A stretch of 64,000 nt of DNA. Origin: Camelus ferus. Lineage: Eukaryota. Positions within the stretch are counted from its first letter, which is position 1, and every line of letters starts with the position of its first letter. This document shows, piece by piece, positions 11,950-25,932 of this stretch. The notes under the pieces are model-generated. The model saw nothing but the letters and a program-made list of their open reading frames with translations, ran no database searches and had not been told where the DNA came from. Both the position numbers and the translations under genes were made by a program. Location of the stretch: NCBI RefSeq assembly GCF_009834535.1, contig NC_045696.1, positions 85,128,001 to 85,192,000 on the forward strand, in the 5' to 3' direction.

Positions 11950-12950
11950 TGAAGGTATTCATTTACTGTTTAGCCAACAGTCTCAAAAGGTGAGTTATTT
12001 GTTGTCTCTGAAAATATCTTCCAGAGACCTATTTCTGTCAATAATAAAATAATTTTTCTGTACAAAAAAACATAACATTTTTCTATTAATTTTTTCTCTA
12101 GAATTTATGCAGGAATAATTAGCTCTGTAGTTTCCTTATATCAGGTGAGAGAAAACAGACCTTGGTTATAACAATTTTTTATTACCAATGATCATCTCTC
12201 CAAAATTATATAAAATATTTGGGACTTATGTAGTGTTATAATTTTCCAAATGCCTGTAGAGAAAAATATGGGTCTGTTTTTAGGCTTCTAATAAGGAAAC
12301 TAAGATAATAAGAGAAACTGAAACTGAGTTTTGTGGTAACAAACAAATTTTTAAAAATTAAAGAAAACTTTGATCTTTTTGGTTGAAGAATCAGTTTTCA
12401 AATGGTACACTGTCTCCAAGAAACAGAAGAAATGAACTAAAATAAAAGTTAAGAAAATTTGACCTTGTTTTGTTATGAATTTAATGAAACTATAAAAATT
12501 TCTCAAGAGTGCTAATAAAACATTGATGAGTCATAGAACAGAATCACATTTTAAGAACTAATTATATTCTTTGTGGAACAATAACTTTGTGATGAATTAG
12601 GAAAGTTAGTGAGTTTTCTATAACTTTTCCATGTACCCCCTGAAGCTTTTGTTTATTAGAATTGTAACTAAATTAACAACAAAACTCAAAGCATATTTTC
12701 ACAATATTTTAATTATAACAAAGAAATCAGTACATATTTGGTAAAGGAAATATTTAAAATTATAATTAAAGCTGCTTAAAAGGGTTAAATTATTATAGTA
12801 ATTCAGATTACTATTTTAACAAGCATTCGTTTTATTTGAAGATAGAATTACAATTAAGGAACTGGTATTTTACTAGATATTTTTATAAATTTGCTCCCAT
12901 ATTAGTTCATCTGGAAGTTGAATTTCAGTTACTTTTCAATTCATTTTCTT
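11950..12950 (-). mobile_element. Possible AT-rich non-coding ERV internal sequence (MER4/MER34-group-like)
   Basis: Only composition and short motifs reminiscent of MER4-group internal regions; lies next to the pol remnant. Confidence 0.25.
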
Positions 12951-13269
12951 AGTTTTTATAGTTAGTTACAGCAACATTAGGAAATCATTCATTCTTATTA
13001 GATCCAATGAAACATTTGTGTAACAAATTTAATAGCTTGTAACAGACTCCACTAACTCTGATATAATTATAAATAATGTATCAAATTTAAATTCAGTAAT
13101 CTTCTGTAGTTTAAAGTTGTGTTGGTAAATGATATATGCTACAGAAACCAAGACTTACATCTGAAAAGCTGAAGTAAAATTCAATGATAATGGTATTCCT
13201 GGGCAGCTTTATAAAAAACTAATTTAGTTCCTAGGAAAATGAGAGTTATTAAGAATAAGAGATCTAGCA

Positions 13270-13566
13270 TTTTTATTATTTATATATATTAGTCAGTATT
13301 TGCAAATCTCAAACTCCCAATTTACCCCTTCCGACCCCCTTCCCCCCTGGTAACTATAAGTTTGTTTTCTATGTCTGTGAGGCTATCTCTGTTTTGTAAA
13401 CAAATCTCGTTTGTGTCTTTTTCTTAGGTTCCATATATAAATGATATCACATGATATTTTTCTTCCACTCTCTGCCTTAGTTCACTTAGAACAACTGAAA
13501 CATTATGCTGTACACCAGAAATTAACACAACATTGTAAACTGACTATACTTCAATTAAAAAAAAAA
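13270..13566. mobile_element. L1 3'-UTR insertion with 5' inversion
   Basis: 13270-13491 is minus-strand L1 3'-UTR (ttcccccctggtaactataagtttgttttctatgtctgtgag); 13492-13566 is the plus-strand L1 terminus (ctgtacaccagaaattaacacaacattgtaaactgactatacttcaatt plus poly(A)). Confidence 0.85.
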
Positions 13567-13679
13567 GTGTGTTGTATTACTAGATAGTTGAGAATGTCCT
13601 TTATGAAAATTATTGTTATTAGTCAATAACAATATGTCTATGCATATATCTAATTGTTTTCTAATAAATAGAAGGTTCT

Positions 13680-13945
13680 ATGGTTATAATTCATGCCTTA
13701 TTGGTCTGAAGTCACATTTTTTATGATTTAAATTATTTTAAGTATATTGGGAATTATTTTTGTTTTATGACCCAGCATATGGTCTATCATGGATATAACA
13801 CATGAATTTGAATAGAATGTGTTTCCTGCAGTTGTGGGGTGAAGTGTACTAAAGTGTCTATTAAGCCAAAATGATAGCATTATTCAGATCATCTAAGATA
13901 AATTAATTTTTTTCTCTAGCTGTTTTATCAATTGCTGAGATATTT
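13680..13945 (-). mobile_element. Old L1 ORF2 (endonuclease region) fragment
   Basis: gacccagcatatggtctatc...gaatgtgtttcctgcagttgtggggtgaagtgt motifs. Confidence 0.65.
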
Positions 13946-15961
13946 ATTCAAACTTAATAGTTGACATTTTTTGCCTATTGCTGATACATCTAGCATTTAT
14001 TTACATAATAAGCTTGAGTGTTATAGGTTAAGGGAAGGGAAAGCAAGGAGACACAAAGAAATAGTCAAGTTAGTAAATAAGAATAAATTAGATTAATAGT
14101 GATCATGCCTCAAAATCTCCAGCAGTGAAAGAAATTCCAGAATCCTACATATATAACTCATCCTGTGTAAAATGCTTGCAAGTTGTAAGTACTAAGATAA
14201 CCATAAACCGTATCTCACATAAAATTAGAAAAATGGGAGTTTAGGAGATATATTTTACAATTCAATTCTAGGAGAGAAAAAAAAAAGACTAAAGATTTCA
14301 TAGAGCTTTCTCTGAAGGAGAGAAAAAATGCTAAGGGAAATAAGAAGTTGGGTTACTTAAGTCTGTGTATTGGCTCAAGGTTTTGGAGAAATCATCTTTG
14401 GCACTAATGCTTCTTGTGCATTATGACAAACTCAACTATATGATAAAACTTTTGATATATGAGAAATACCTTTGGCTTTGAGGGAAATCAAACACCTTAA
14501 GGTGCTTTAGTTCTTTTTACCGTGACTTCTCAGAGTACTCAGAACTAACAGAAATAGGACCGTTTTTAAATGAGTATATGCCTAACATGCTTTTAACTCA
14601 TTCATGAAGGAACTGGCAATATGGTGGAGTTGATTCAAAGTGAACTTGAGAAGCTGAGTGTACACACACACACACGTATATATAGTGACTGAAAGAATCT
14701 TATAGTAAAAGTTTAGGATACCAGCCTGGTAAAGAAAAGTAGAACTTTTGATGGGCCACCAGTCATCTTCAATTTGGGGAAATCAAAATAAATTTTCATT
14801 CTACTTTATTCTCTTTATCTTTTCTGTTTAACTTGCTAACCCATGATGACATCATGCCTTCTTAGGAAATGTATGCTTCCTATTAGCTTCATTAGGTTTC
14901 CTATACCAGGAGTAAAGTCTTATTTACACTGGTTACTCCCATCCAGGGGAGAGAAAGATCTGGATTTCGATAAGCTCATATCTATTCTTAACTGGAACTT
15001 TTATTTGAAAGGCTCTGATAAACTATTTCCTAACATGATGTACATAAGTCATGATGGCTCTAAGTGCTTTCCTTGGTAGAATTTTAAAAATCAATAAAAT
15101 TTTCAATTTCTTATCTAGGTGTAGGGTGCTCTGTTTAGCAACAATAATCTTCCTATTTTAACCAGACCAGAGCAGTATAGATGACAATCTACTGATTATT
15201 ACACTTGTACCAATTATTTGTGTATAGATACACACATTCACAAATACATATACAAAGTTTTTAATACTTAAAAATGACAGAAGTTGCAGGCTTGAGACTG
15301 ATTAAATTATATAACCGCTATATGGAAAGTTATTCCAGTACACATGTCAATTGGCTTAAATGATGACAATAATTATACCAATACTGACTTGGTTTGCTGA
15401 ACTAAACTATGGACCTATGTAACATTAATATTCTCAGATGCATTTTGTTTTCACACAAGTACACAATTTATGAAGCTTGATGAGCTCCACTTAAAATGAA
15501 CTCTCCTATACTGAGTCCCAGTCTAGGAGGTTAATTTTTTGTAATAACTATCATCTATTTTTTATTACCAGAATGGTCTATAACAGATTTTAAGCTAACA
15601 TATTGCAAAATATAATGCAAAAGCTCACATGCTAGGAACAAAAAGCAGAAGAACCCATCTAAAGTCATTCTTAGCTCCTTTGCAGGGAAGACTGGTAACA
15701 GAAATATCTGCTTTTACCCAACGTTTTTTTAAAACACATTTTGAGCCTGATGATTCCATCTGCTAAAAGGCATAGTATTTTCAAAATTACCTTGTAATTT
15801 AGATGAACTATCTGGCTATCTTTATGACAGTAAGCTCCAACCTATTCTTTTATAGTATATTCACATCCTAAATAGCAAATCGGACCTGATATGAATGTTC
15901 GTAATGATGACCTGCCCGAGGAAGTCACTGACTGACCTCACTGCAATCATTGGCTGCATAC

Positions 15962-16046
15962 CTGAGAGCAGGATTTGAAATGTTTTGCCCGGTAATCCTC
16001 CACAGATGTTTATTCAAATAGGGACTTCTCCAGAAGTGGGTAACAT
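15962..16046 (-). other. Candidate exon (85 bp) of an unidentified minus-strand transcript
   Basis: Acceptor cacatcttctactttccag| and donor CAG|gtatg, in non-repetitive sequence. Confidence 0.4.
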
Positions 16047-16194
16047 CTGGAAAGTAGAAGATGTGAGGAACACGATAGTTCTTGAAATATCATTCAATAT
16101 GAGCAAATAACATAAGCCAATAGTAGGGCTCTGGAGAGTCAAACTAGGCTTATGGGTTAGATACTACTGTGAAGCAGGTTCAGTTCTAACTTAC

Positions 16195-16297
16195 TGGTGA
16201 TTCGATTCGTCAAGGACATCTGCAATGGCTGCTCCTGGACAGAGCCCCGTATCTGCTCGTGCCTGCTGGCACTGACTTCTGCAGACAGGACTGAAAC
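16195..16297 (-). other. Candidate exon (103 bp) of an unidentified minus-strand transcript
   Basis: Acceptor atttaacttttag| and donor CCA|gtaagt; locally GC/CpG-richer; 148-bp intron to the next candidate exon. Confidence 0.4.
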
Positions 16298-17339
16298 CTA
16301 AAAGTTAAATCGAAGATTTAAGTCTGCCTTCTGTGAATTATATCATCTTTCAGAATTTTTTTAACAGCACTTAGACATTATGTCCTCAGACAGTAAATGA
16401 TTACCACCAATACATGCCTCTCTCCATCAAATGGGTTGTCATGTGTTCGTGATTTATATAAAAGATTGTGAAAACAGGATTTCATTATTGGACTCTCAAG
16501 TTCCATTTCAAAGGCCTCATTCATGAGGTCTCTAAGATGCTTATGTTCAAGTTATCAAGAAAATGCTTTGTAACATGTTCCAGTGAGTTATCTGAATCTC
16601 CTCTGTAATATTGTAACCAATTCATTGTCATTTCATCTGGAGATTTGGAAAAAGTACATAGAGATTTTACCATTTGTCTAGTATTGCTTAGCCAGCAAGT
16701 GGCTGAACTGAAATTTGTATCTAGTTCTTTTTATGTTAAAGTTCATGCTTCTTTTCCTATGATGTCTTTTTGCAAAGTAATTCTTCTAAAGTTAAAAACA
16801 GAGGCATATTCTTTTTCGTTAAAAAAAGTTTATTATTCTGAAAAACTGATATGATTAGAGATGGAGAACTCACAGAGAAGTCTAAAACTTCAGAGTATCT
16901 TTATAATAAAGTCATTGTAATGGCAAATGCAGCTTTCACAGGGTCCTTCCCATCACTTCTGGGTACCTTAAAACTGATCAGACATAATTATAGCATCACA
17001 AAACATTGGAAAAGAAATGGAGAAGGTATAGGATGAACAGCAGCCAGGGCTATGGTAATTTCATGTTATTAGCGAAAACTTGATTTTTCAGTCATTAGAT
17101 AGTTCAGTTAATTATGGCACAGAGATAACAAGGAAGATGTATATCAGTGACATTTGGAAGTAACACAAGGAAATCGAAATCATTATGTAATTACGTTTTA
17201 CTTCAAACAAAATTAACTCCCATTTACAAATCAATGATATTTAACTCTTTCCAAAACTTGCAGCCACATCTAAGTATTTCCATTTTGCCAATGACTTTAC
17301 AAATCAAGATTCGTGTGATATGCACATAAAACCTATGAT

Positions 17340-17850
17340 TCTAGCAATAATGGAGACATTGAGAAAGTTGAATTGGACATAGGTACGACTGGAACTTGGG
17401 AAACCAGTGAAAACTTAACCATGGGGGGTTAGACAGAAGCTAAGGAAGAACATTAGTAGTGAAGGTGGAAAGACAGTATTTAAGAGGGAGAAACAATAGA
17501 AATTGATGATTTATTAGGTCGAATGTGAGATCAAGTAAATTATAAAGTTTAGGTTAAGTTAATAAAATAAAATTTTGATGAAAAAGGAGAATTTTTCCAT
17601 TTGCAAGAGGGAGAGAAAAAGATTCTAAGAGAGGAAATTTGTATGTGTATGTGAGGAAGTGTTGATGAGACAATGATATTAAATTTGCATATGGTATATT
17701 TGAGATACTTAGGAGAAATTCAGATAAAAATAAAAATTGTACTCATGCAGATGCACATGTGTATGTGTGTGTTTGGGAGCTCAGGAGACAAACATTAACT
17801 GGAGACAATTTTTTTTGGAAATAAGAGCATCCAAACTAGCTTCAAAGTAT
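17340..17850 (-). mobile_element. Degraded L2 fragment
   Basis: Purine-rich L2-like tracts (ttgagatacttaggaga..., tttgggagctcaggagac...ctggagac). Confidence 0.45.
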
Positions 17851-18189
17851 TTTAAAATAATAAATGCCTCATTAGAGTCAGGATATAATCCAATAAAGTC
17901 TCTATTTTGAACATACAGCCAACATTTTTCTGAGTGCTGTGAACTCTCTATTAAAATATGATTCAGATGACATTGTATCCTTTTAACACTTGAGAGTTTT
18001 TTCTACCCTTGTTTCCAAAATATTTTCTCTCCCCTCATCTTACTATAGACTTGTTTCTTATATTTCAATGTTCTTTTAAAAATATAAACTAAAGTATAAA
18101 GATAAAGTATTAGTATTAAAGATCAACCAAAAATAACTGTAAGAAGATAATTCCAAGATTTTTGTAGAAAAATATATATATAGCTTTTT

Positions 18190-18424
18190 TTTCTTAATGA
18201 CAGATGAAGCCGACTTCATCTGTCTTATCAGTGACCTCAAGTCATGCATTGGTCCTTTTCCCTGGGTGGTACTTACCTGCCCTTTGACCTTGGCCACCTC
18301 ATGTTATATTTTACCCTGTGGCACATCCACAATGAAACAGTGTTTCTAGGAGCCACCCTCAAACAACCTTCTATAAGGAAATGTCCATCACAGGGTCACT
18401 TTCTAGGAAAACTTACCTAAAGCA
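18190..18424 (+). mobile_element. LTR16-like (ERVL) LTR 3' part
   Basis: Ends cagggtcactttctaggaaaacttacctaaagca, like the LTR16 terminus; followed by ERVL internal sequence. Confidence 0.55.
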
Positions 18425-20560
18425 GTTATTGTTAAAAGTGGCCAGAGGAAACAGATTCTAAAATGGGATTCTGGAGCTGGATTACCTCTTAGCTCGATGA
18501 AAAAGTGAAGCATTTCACTCATGTCAGATAAAGTAGTGATAACCCCTCAGATGCTGAGGTGGCACAATTGTTAAAACTTCACTGCTGATAAATTGAAAGG
18601 GGGTGTCATTGCCGGGAAATGCAGCCAGGGAAGTGCTGGCCGCTGAGGAGGAAGGAAATCTATCATGCAATCAAACCATAATGTAGAGTCAACATGTCCC
18701 AGCCGCAGGTGGTGAAGAGTTATATGGAATTATATCTTCAATGTTTATGATCCAGCAAGAGGTAGTATAAAATTGGATAAATGAGAATTTATTAATATAG
18801 GTGCATTTCCCTGTGGTAACAGAATTTAATATACTGGCAAGTCCCCCAGGACAGGATGCAATTAAGCTTCTCGATTGGCATTTGGAAGCGTATACAAAGT
18901 GATGACCCACACTAAGTGAAGAAGCATTGTTAAAGCTGACATAGGAACTGGTGGAAGAAGGGATTAAAGATAAACATAGTGGGTATGCTAGAAGGGGTAT
19001 ACTATGTAAGGCAGAGAACTGTCTCACAGGTGGGCCTGGAGGACATCCATTTAACAAACTGATAAGAAATGCAGTTTTGAAATGAGCCGTGTAGACCAGC
19101 GTTGATGGTGGCCCAGAGTAGGAAATGTTATTACAGGACTGGAGTCTCTGAAAGCAATGTGAGTATAGAAACAAAAAATAAAAGAAACCAGGTGTTGGTG
19201 CTTAACATTTAATTATAATGAGTTGCAGAGGTTAAGTGGCAGTCAGGGGGACCTAGCTAACTCACAGAGAGCTATGAAGATGGTTTTAGACACTGTATTC
19301 TTAGGAGTAAGACAGATGAATAGCCAACAAAGGTATTACTCAGTCTGTTCAACTAAAAGAAATCAAGGAAAAATGACTTAATGGCTGTAATAACAAGATC
19401 TATTGTCTAATTTCTCTTTGAGCCACTTCGTATGGGTGAACCCTTTACCGGAGACCAAGACTGGGTTCCAGAGAGAAAGAGACCCTCAGAATACTGTGAC
19501 AATTGTATAGCACAGTGATTTCCCCAGTTCTTTCCCAATTTGATCTATAGTCATTTATTCAGCTGATTCTAAACAAGGAAATGGAGAATACATAAACATT
19601 TTAAGGACTGTTGGACACCAGGGCAAAGTTGACATTGATACCCAGAAACCCAAAGTATCATCGCGGCTCACTATTTTAATTAGGGGTCTATGGAGCTGGA
19701 TGATAGATGGAGTCTGGTTCACAGAGGGTCTGTCACTTCTACAGATGCAGGCAGTCATTTTCCTGCCCCTGAACATATTAAGGGAATGGACAGAGTGATG
19801 GTTGGCAGAATACATACATTGGTTCCTTGGCCTATAAGTTAAAGCTATCAGAGTGGAGAAGCAAGTAGAAGTCTATGAAATTACCTCCCTATATTGGACA
19901 ATATACTAAATAAAAATACTGCAGCTAGGGGAAAGAGCAGAGATTAGCCCATTCCCAAAGACCAAGGTGGCAGAAGCGGTGGTTCCCAACATGCGCCTAT
20001 TCAGGCCTCTTACGGATCTTGGCAGATAACAGTGCAATATATCATCTCAACCAAGTAGTGACCTCAAATTTAATATTATGCCTGGTGTGATATATTTCTT
20101 AGAGGGGACTGATGCAACCTCAGCTCTATAGCATGAAGTCCTAGGAACACACTGGGCAGTAAAAAGCTTAACACACTGGGTGGGGATGGGAAACTGTGGG
20201 AGAAGAAGCTGTTATGCTCACATGGAAATACGTTTCCTTTTACAAAAATGTTAGCGTGTGTGAGACCAGTGAAAGTCTCCCCATTTTGATATCTGAAGAA
20301 CTCTACACAGGGAGAGCAGTGATACTGTGCATCCTAGCAGGGTCCAAACACTGATTCAGTGTGGATTCTTGATATTTCTTCTGTGTCAGTACAGAGGGTT
20401 GACAAGGTGTCTGGCAGCTTTACCTAATGCTCAGTAAGTAGCTGGCTGCTTCCTTTGAAATGATGACTGGCTCAGTCACCCCTCTGTCCAAGAACTGTGA
20501 TTATACTGTCAGGGAATTCGAAGCCAACAGTAGCATATAGAGCCACCCAAGACACCTGCA
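18425..20560 (+). mobile_element. Ancient ERVL internal region (ERV3-16A3-like): gag, protease and partial RT relics
   Basis: gag-like tataaaattggataaatgagaatttattaatataggtgca; protease motif GLLDTRAKLTLIP at about 19605-19643; RT start SWQITV..LNQVV at about 20017-20060. Confidence 0.8.
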
Positions 20561-21949
20561 AACAAGGACATCGGCAAGCAGTGCTGCCCGAACAATGGGA
20601 AAGGATCCCTGTCGCGCCGGGCTTGTTGGGCTAGTGGTGTATGGGGGCATCTGGAGAAAATTACCTTATGTTTTAGTGGCCACATTTCAATGTTGAAATT
20701 ATATTCCAGCTATTTTTCAATTAACACTGTACAAAACCTGAAAGAAAGATTTCATTCAGAAATCAGTAACCCTTTCAAAAACTTTTTCTGAAAGTGAAAT
20801 AATTTCCTTGTCAGGAAGTTCAGGTACAGGTCATAGATTCTTGGTGAACTTTACATAGTGCAACACATTTGCTGCCTAGATGCTTATAACTTGATCTATA
20901 CAGTTTTTTTCAGCTTTCTTATTAAAATAAACAATAAAAAATCACTTTTGGGATCTGGCTGGAATACTGGAAATCAATATCTTTTATTTAATATTTGGAC
21001 ATCTTTGATCTTCTTTTGTAAATTCACAGTCAAGTCTCCTACCCTCTACTCGCCATTCATAGCAGCGTGCGAGAAGTCCTGGTGCCCTAACAAATGACCC
21101 ATCCGTGAAGAAAGGGCCAGGACTGAGAATGAACTTCTTCATCAGCTTCAAGGTAGACCTTAGGAAAACCTACAGACAATAAAGGATGAGTAAACAACAA
21201 GAATAATTTAGGATAGCAGAAAGATATTTTCACATAATGGGAAAGAACATGTGCTTTTGAGTAATAAAGAATTAGGTTCAAATCACTTTAAACATGATGT
21301 ACATGATGTAGGCAAATTAAATGACCCCTTGAATCCTCCTCATGCGCAAAGCTGGGACTATACTCAAAGCTCTCTATGGCTTATTGCAAATATAAAATGA
21401 AATAACGCACTATAAATGGTTGAATATTGCCTAAAATAATAAAAACACAGTAAAAATTATTATTATCTGTCAATGTTACTATTTGAGAATTAAGCCCCTT
21501 GGACCCTGCTTTACAATTTGCCACAAGCCCCTTACCTTGAATTGTCTAAATTCCTTCATAGCAGAATTTGAGGGGGAATAAAAATGCTAGAAAAATACCC
21601 TGGGCACAGATGGACATGTAAACCTCTCCTAGTCCAGTAGTTAATTTGAAGGTGATTCCTAAAGAACATGGTATTATTTTAAATGATCAAAGTATATCTA
21701 TTTAAGGAGACTAGTGACCATGCGGAAATCAGGTTTAAGCTAGACCCTAGAGTTGTGTTTGTTATTTACCTTTGCTTCCACTTTTAATTAGAAAAGCAAT
21801 CAAATGGGAAAGATAGAAACTAACAAAATTGCTCTTTGAATTTGATTACACATATGGAAAAATGAAAAATATACACAATACACAAAATATATACTACACA
21901 CAAAAATTAATCCAGACATATTAAGGAAAAGTGACAAAAACATAACTTT

Positions 21950-22920
21950 AAAATATAGGCAAATATGTGCTTAAACTTTGGGGGATGGAAAGGGGTCTAA
22001 AACAAGACACAATAAGATAGCCTCTAAAAAATACATTTCGCTAAAGACTCTTCTTCCAAAGTCACTTTTAGAAAGTGAAAATGGCAAGTTACAAACTAAA
22101 GGAAGCATATTTAAAATATTCATAACAAAAAGGTATAAATAACAAAAATCAATAATAAGTAAACAAATTACCAATACAAAAATGGGCAAGAGACATAAAT
22201 AAGCACTTTACAGAAGAGAAAATACATATGAGAAACAAACATATGAAAGATACTCAGCATCAATGGTAATCAGAGAAATGCAAGTCAAGACTATAATGAT
22301 GTTCTGTTTACACCCAATTAATTGGAAAAAAACATCAGGATGTGTGAAAATAGTTAAGTGTTGAAGAAGTTAGTCACAGAGTCTCTGCACATTGCTGGTG
22401 GGAGTGGAAAATGGCACAACTGTTTGGAAAACAGACACTTTCTCTGTTGCTGACTAGTCCATGCCTAACTACATATCAGCAAGAGAACACATGTACAAGA
22501 ATGTTGATAGCTGCAATTCAGAAGAGTGAAAACCTAGAAACAACTCTACCTCCGAGTAGAAGGAGAATATATTAGTATCCCACAGTATATTCATACAATG
22601 GGATATTTGACAGCAGTTAAAAATTGAACTATAGCAGTGTTCCCAAACATGAATAAATTTTAGGAATATAATATGAAGTTTAAACTTAAGTCTTCACATT
22701 TTTATATATTGATATTCTTCTTAAAAGTTTTAAAATATATTTTACAGAAAATATGTAGATGCAATAAGATTATATAATAAAGAGGAAAAAATGATAAACA
22801 GAGAATTTAGAGTAGTAGTTATTTCTTGTGGGGAAAGGAAAGTAAATGGCTTGTGTTAGGACCATATAGTAAAGTTTTGGGATTTGGGTTTGGGAAGCCT
22901 TGATTGGGGGTTTTATTAAA
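21950..22920 (+). mobile_element. Old L1 (L1MC/ME-like) ORF2 end and 3'-UTR
   Basis: aaaaatgggcaagagacataaataagcactttacagaagag...atcagagaaatgcaagtcaag...cattgctggtgggagtggaaaatggcacaac. Confidence 0.8.
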
Positions 22921-23319
22921 AATAACTGATCAATAAATTAGATCAGTAATTACCATGGATCATGAACTAAGGCGAACGTAAGAAACAGTAAGAACACTAA
23001 GGATAAAAAAAATAATAATAAAATAAAGAGCAATAAAAGCTTATGGTGAAAGAAAAAGTAAAAACACTAAAGCGTATACAAGTAAAACTAAAGAAATAAA
23101 AGCACTGATGAATTCACAGTGAAGGCTGAAGGTTTCCCTGTGCCGTTTGTTTTTGTTTTTCTCTGAATACTCATCACTCTGCTCCCGCATCCTGGGTTTA
23201 GCGCAGAAATGATCACTCTTAGTAATTTATTTATAATTCTAGGCAATGCTTCTGAATATCTCTACACGAGACTATATAAAATATATACATATAGATATAT
23301 AATATATATGAAATCTATG

Positions 23320-25800
23320 TTTTTATCCACATAATGATTGCTGGACTAAAGGGTACTTGCATTTTATATTTTACAACATGTTCCAAATTATGCTCTGCAA
23401 CTATTTCACCAAAATATAGTCCCAGTAACAATTTATGAGCATGATTTCCTCTCAAATACTATTATCAATATTATAAAATCATATGCCCAAAACATGTAGT
23501 ACATTTTCCTCATTTACTTTGCATTTCTTTTTATTGTCAAAAAAGCATCATCTTAGCTGTTTGTAAGTTCTTTTGTGTGTGTGTGTCTGTGAATTACCTT
23601 TTGGCAATAGAGTTTTTCTTCATCTTTTAGTTTTTAAGAATTCTTTGCTTTCTTTGCTTTAATTTTCTGTCTAGTAAAATGTAATAAAATATAATCAAAA
23701 CTGAATCTTCTGTAAGATTTATCAGCTTCTTGAACATGTTGCCATGTTTAAAAATGATGTCTCCATTCCAAGTTTACCATTTTTAAATCCATGGTTTTCC
23801 TTCTAATAAACTTCTGGTCTCATTTTGACATTTAAATATTCAATCCATCTGGAATTTCTTTTAATACAAGTCGTGATGTAAAATTACAGGTTATTTTTCT
23901 ACAAATGGCTAACCAGCTGTCACAACAAATACTCAACTTCCCCCCAAATGATCTGAAATGTCTTTTTTGCACCTATGGAACTATCATATAAATTTGACCT
24001 TCCATTATATCTAATTAATGTATTTATTCCTTCATATGTTAGTTTCAGCCTAGGTTAAGTGCTATAACATTGTTTCTAAAAAATAGAAGGATTAACTTTT
24101 CCTCCTGCTCTACTTTTCAGAAGTTTTCTGAATATTGTCACATATATTTCAAAACAATTACTTGCATCATTAGTTTTTCTGCAGGAATTTTGTATTATTT
24201 TGTTGAAAGTAACCCCCCAGAGGAGGGGGTTGTATTTGCCTTTGAAATGCCATTTGTGTATAAATGTATGTTACCTAACTATGGACCATACCATAGACAG
24301 CATCCATATAAAATAAAACATAACACGTGTTTCCATTTATTTGAATCATTTTGTTACTCAGATTATGTTTTAGATATCCAAATAATTTTTGTTGAATACA
24401 TACCTAGGTTTTTTGTTATGATTACTGTTAATAGGACATATTAGCCATGTATTTGTTATTTATAACTTATAAAAAGCATTTATTTGCCTTTTTTATTCTA
24501 AAATTAGTAAATTTGCTGAATCATTTGTTTCTAGTATAGACTGTCCTCAACTTATGATAGGGTTACATCAGATAAACCCATTATAAATTGAAAATATCAT
24601 AAGCTGAAAATGCATTTAGTACACCTAGCCTACTGAGCATCACAGCTTGGCCTCGCCTACTTTAAACGTGCTCAGAACACCTACATTAGCCCTTCTGCGG
24701 AGCAAAATTATCTAACACAAGTCCTATTTTATAACAAAGTGTTGAATATATAATGTAACTTATTAAATACTTTACCTAAAGAGAAAAATGGAACAGTTGT
24801 ATGTGTACAGAATGGTTGTAAGTATATCAGTTGTTGGTCACGTGGTCATGTGGCCACATGGCCAACGGGGAGCTGCCCTGTCCAGCATCACAAGGGAGTA
24901 TCATATAGCATATTGTTAGCCGGGAAAAGATCAAAATTCAAGATTCAAAGAGTGGTTTCTACTGAACACTTACTGCTTTTGTACCATAATAAAGTCGAAA
25001 GAAAAATTGTTAAGTTGAAACATTGAAAGTGGGGGACAGTCTGTACTTTTACAGATAAGTATTTTAAGTTTTCTAAGTAACCAATCTTGAAGTACAAAAA
25101 ATTATTTTTTTGCCTCCTCCTATCTAGTATTTATAACTCTAATTTTTCTCCCTTGTATAAGTACTTTGAGGCAATGTTAAGTTTTTAAATAACAATAGTT
25201 GTTTAAATCACATTAAGGTTAGTGCTAGTTGTATGGCTGAAATTATATATATTTTGCTATATACAGAGTAGCTATCTGATTCTACTTGAATTTTGTCAAA
25301 ATTTATGAGGAATATTAATTTTCATCTTGTTACATTTAAAGTGGTAACTTACAATAGTGAATTTTCTAGCTTTATTTTTCGTATATTCTTAAAATCAATC
25401 CCACATTTTTGTATTATAATATATAAATATAATTTCACTTCATCTTCTAATATTTCATTTTTTTGCATTTAAACTAAATGAAATTAGGTAACAGTTTTTT
25501 TTACTGCTATTTTTGTTATGTGAAGTATTCTTAAGGTAGCATCAAAAATGAATTTGGAACATTTTCTTCCATTGTACACTGTGGCATTTTAAATTGTACC
25601 AGAATGATCTCATTCCTGGAATGATATTTCATTGAAATGATTCACTAATGAAAACTTCTTATCCTGATACTTAAGAAATGTCATACCTTAAAATCTTCAG
25701 ACCTTTGGACTGTAAATATTTTTGGTCTTTTAATATAGATTTTGGAAATCTACGTGTCCCTAAAAAATAATGCATCATTAGATCATTCAACCTTCTTTGC
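23320..25800 (-). mobile_element. Highly degraded L1 ORF2 remnants, interrupted by a Tigger element
   Basis: tttaaatattcaatccatctggaattt, ctaaccagctgtcacaaca, tttccatttatttgaatc motifs. Confidence 0.55.
24537..25043 (+). mobile_element. Non-autonomous Tigger element (Tigger5/MER47-like)
   Basis: TIRs tagactgtcctcaactt / aagtgggggacagtctg; TA on both flanks (24535-36, 25044-45); characteristic body gataaacccattataaattgaaaatatcataagctgaaaatgcattta. Confidence 0.85.
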
Positions 25801-25932
25801 ATAGCATTGAGCAGTTAAATTTATTTTAACTTTATTTGTATTTATATATATTTATTAACTTTTTAAGGCTCATTTTCAATATTCTGGACCGAAACACTAT
25901 AGTTTGCATGTTCTTTTTCTTCTAATGATTGC

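Noticed and set aside
15896..15970. Box C/D snoRNA-like pattern (ATGATGA 15904-15910 ... CTGA 15962-15965, tgttc/gagca stem)
   Set aside because: Stem-to-box C spacing is atypical, there is no clear C' box or recognisable rRNA guide, and such short motifs arise by chance. A snoscan/Rfam search would settle it.
18689..19174. 161-aa minus-strand ORF
   Set aside because: Antisense to the decayed ERVL gag; no recognisable protein.
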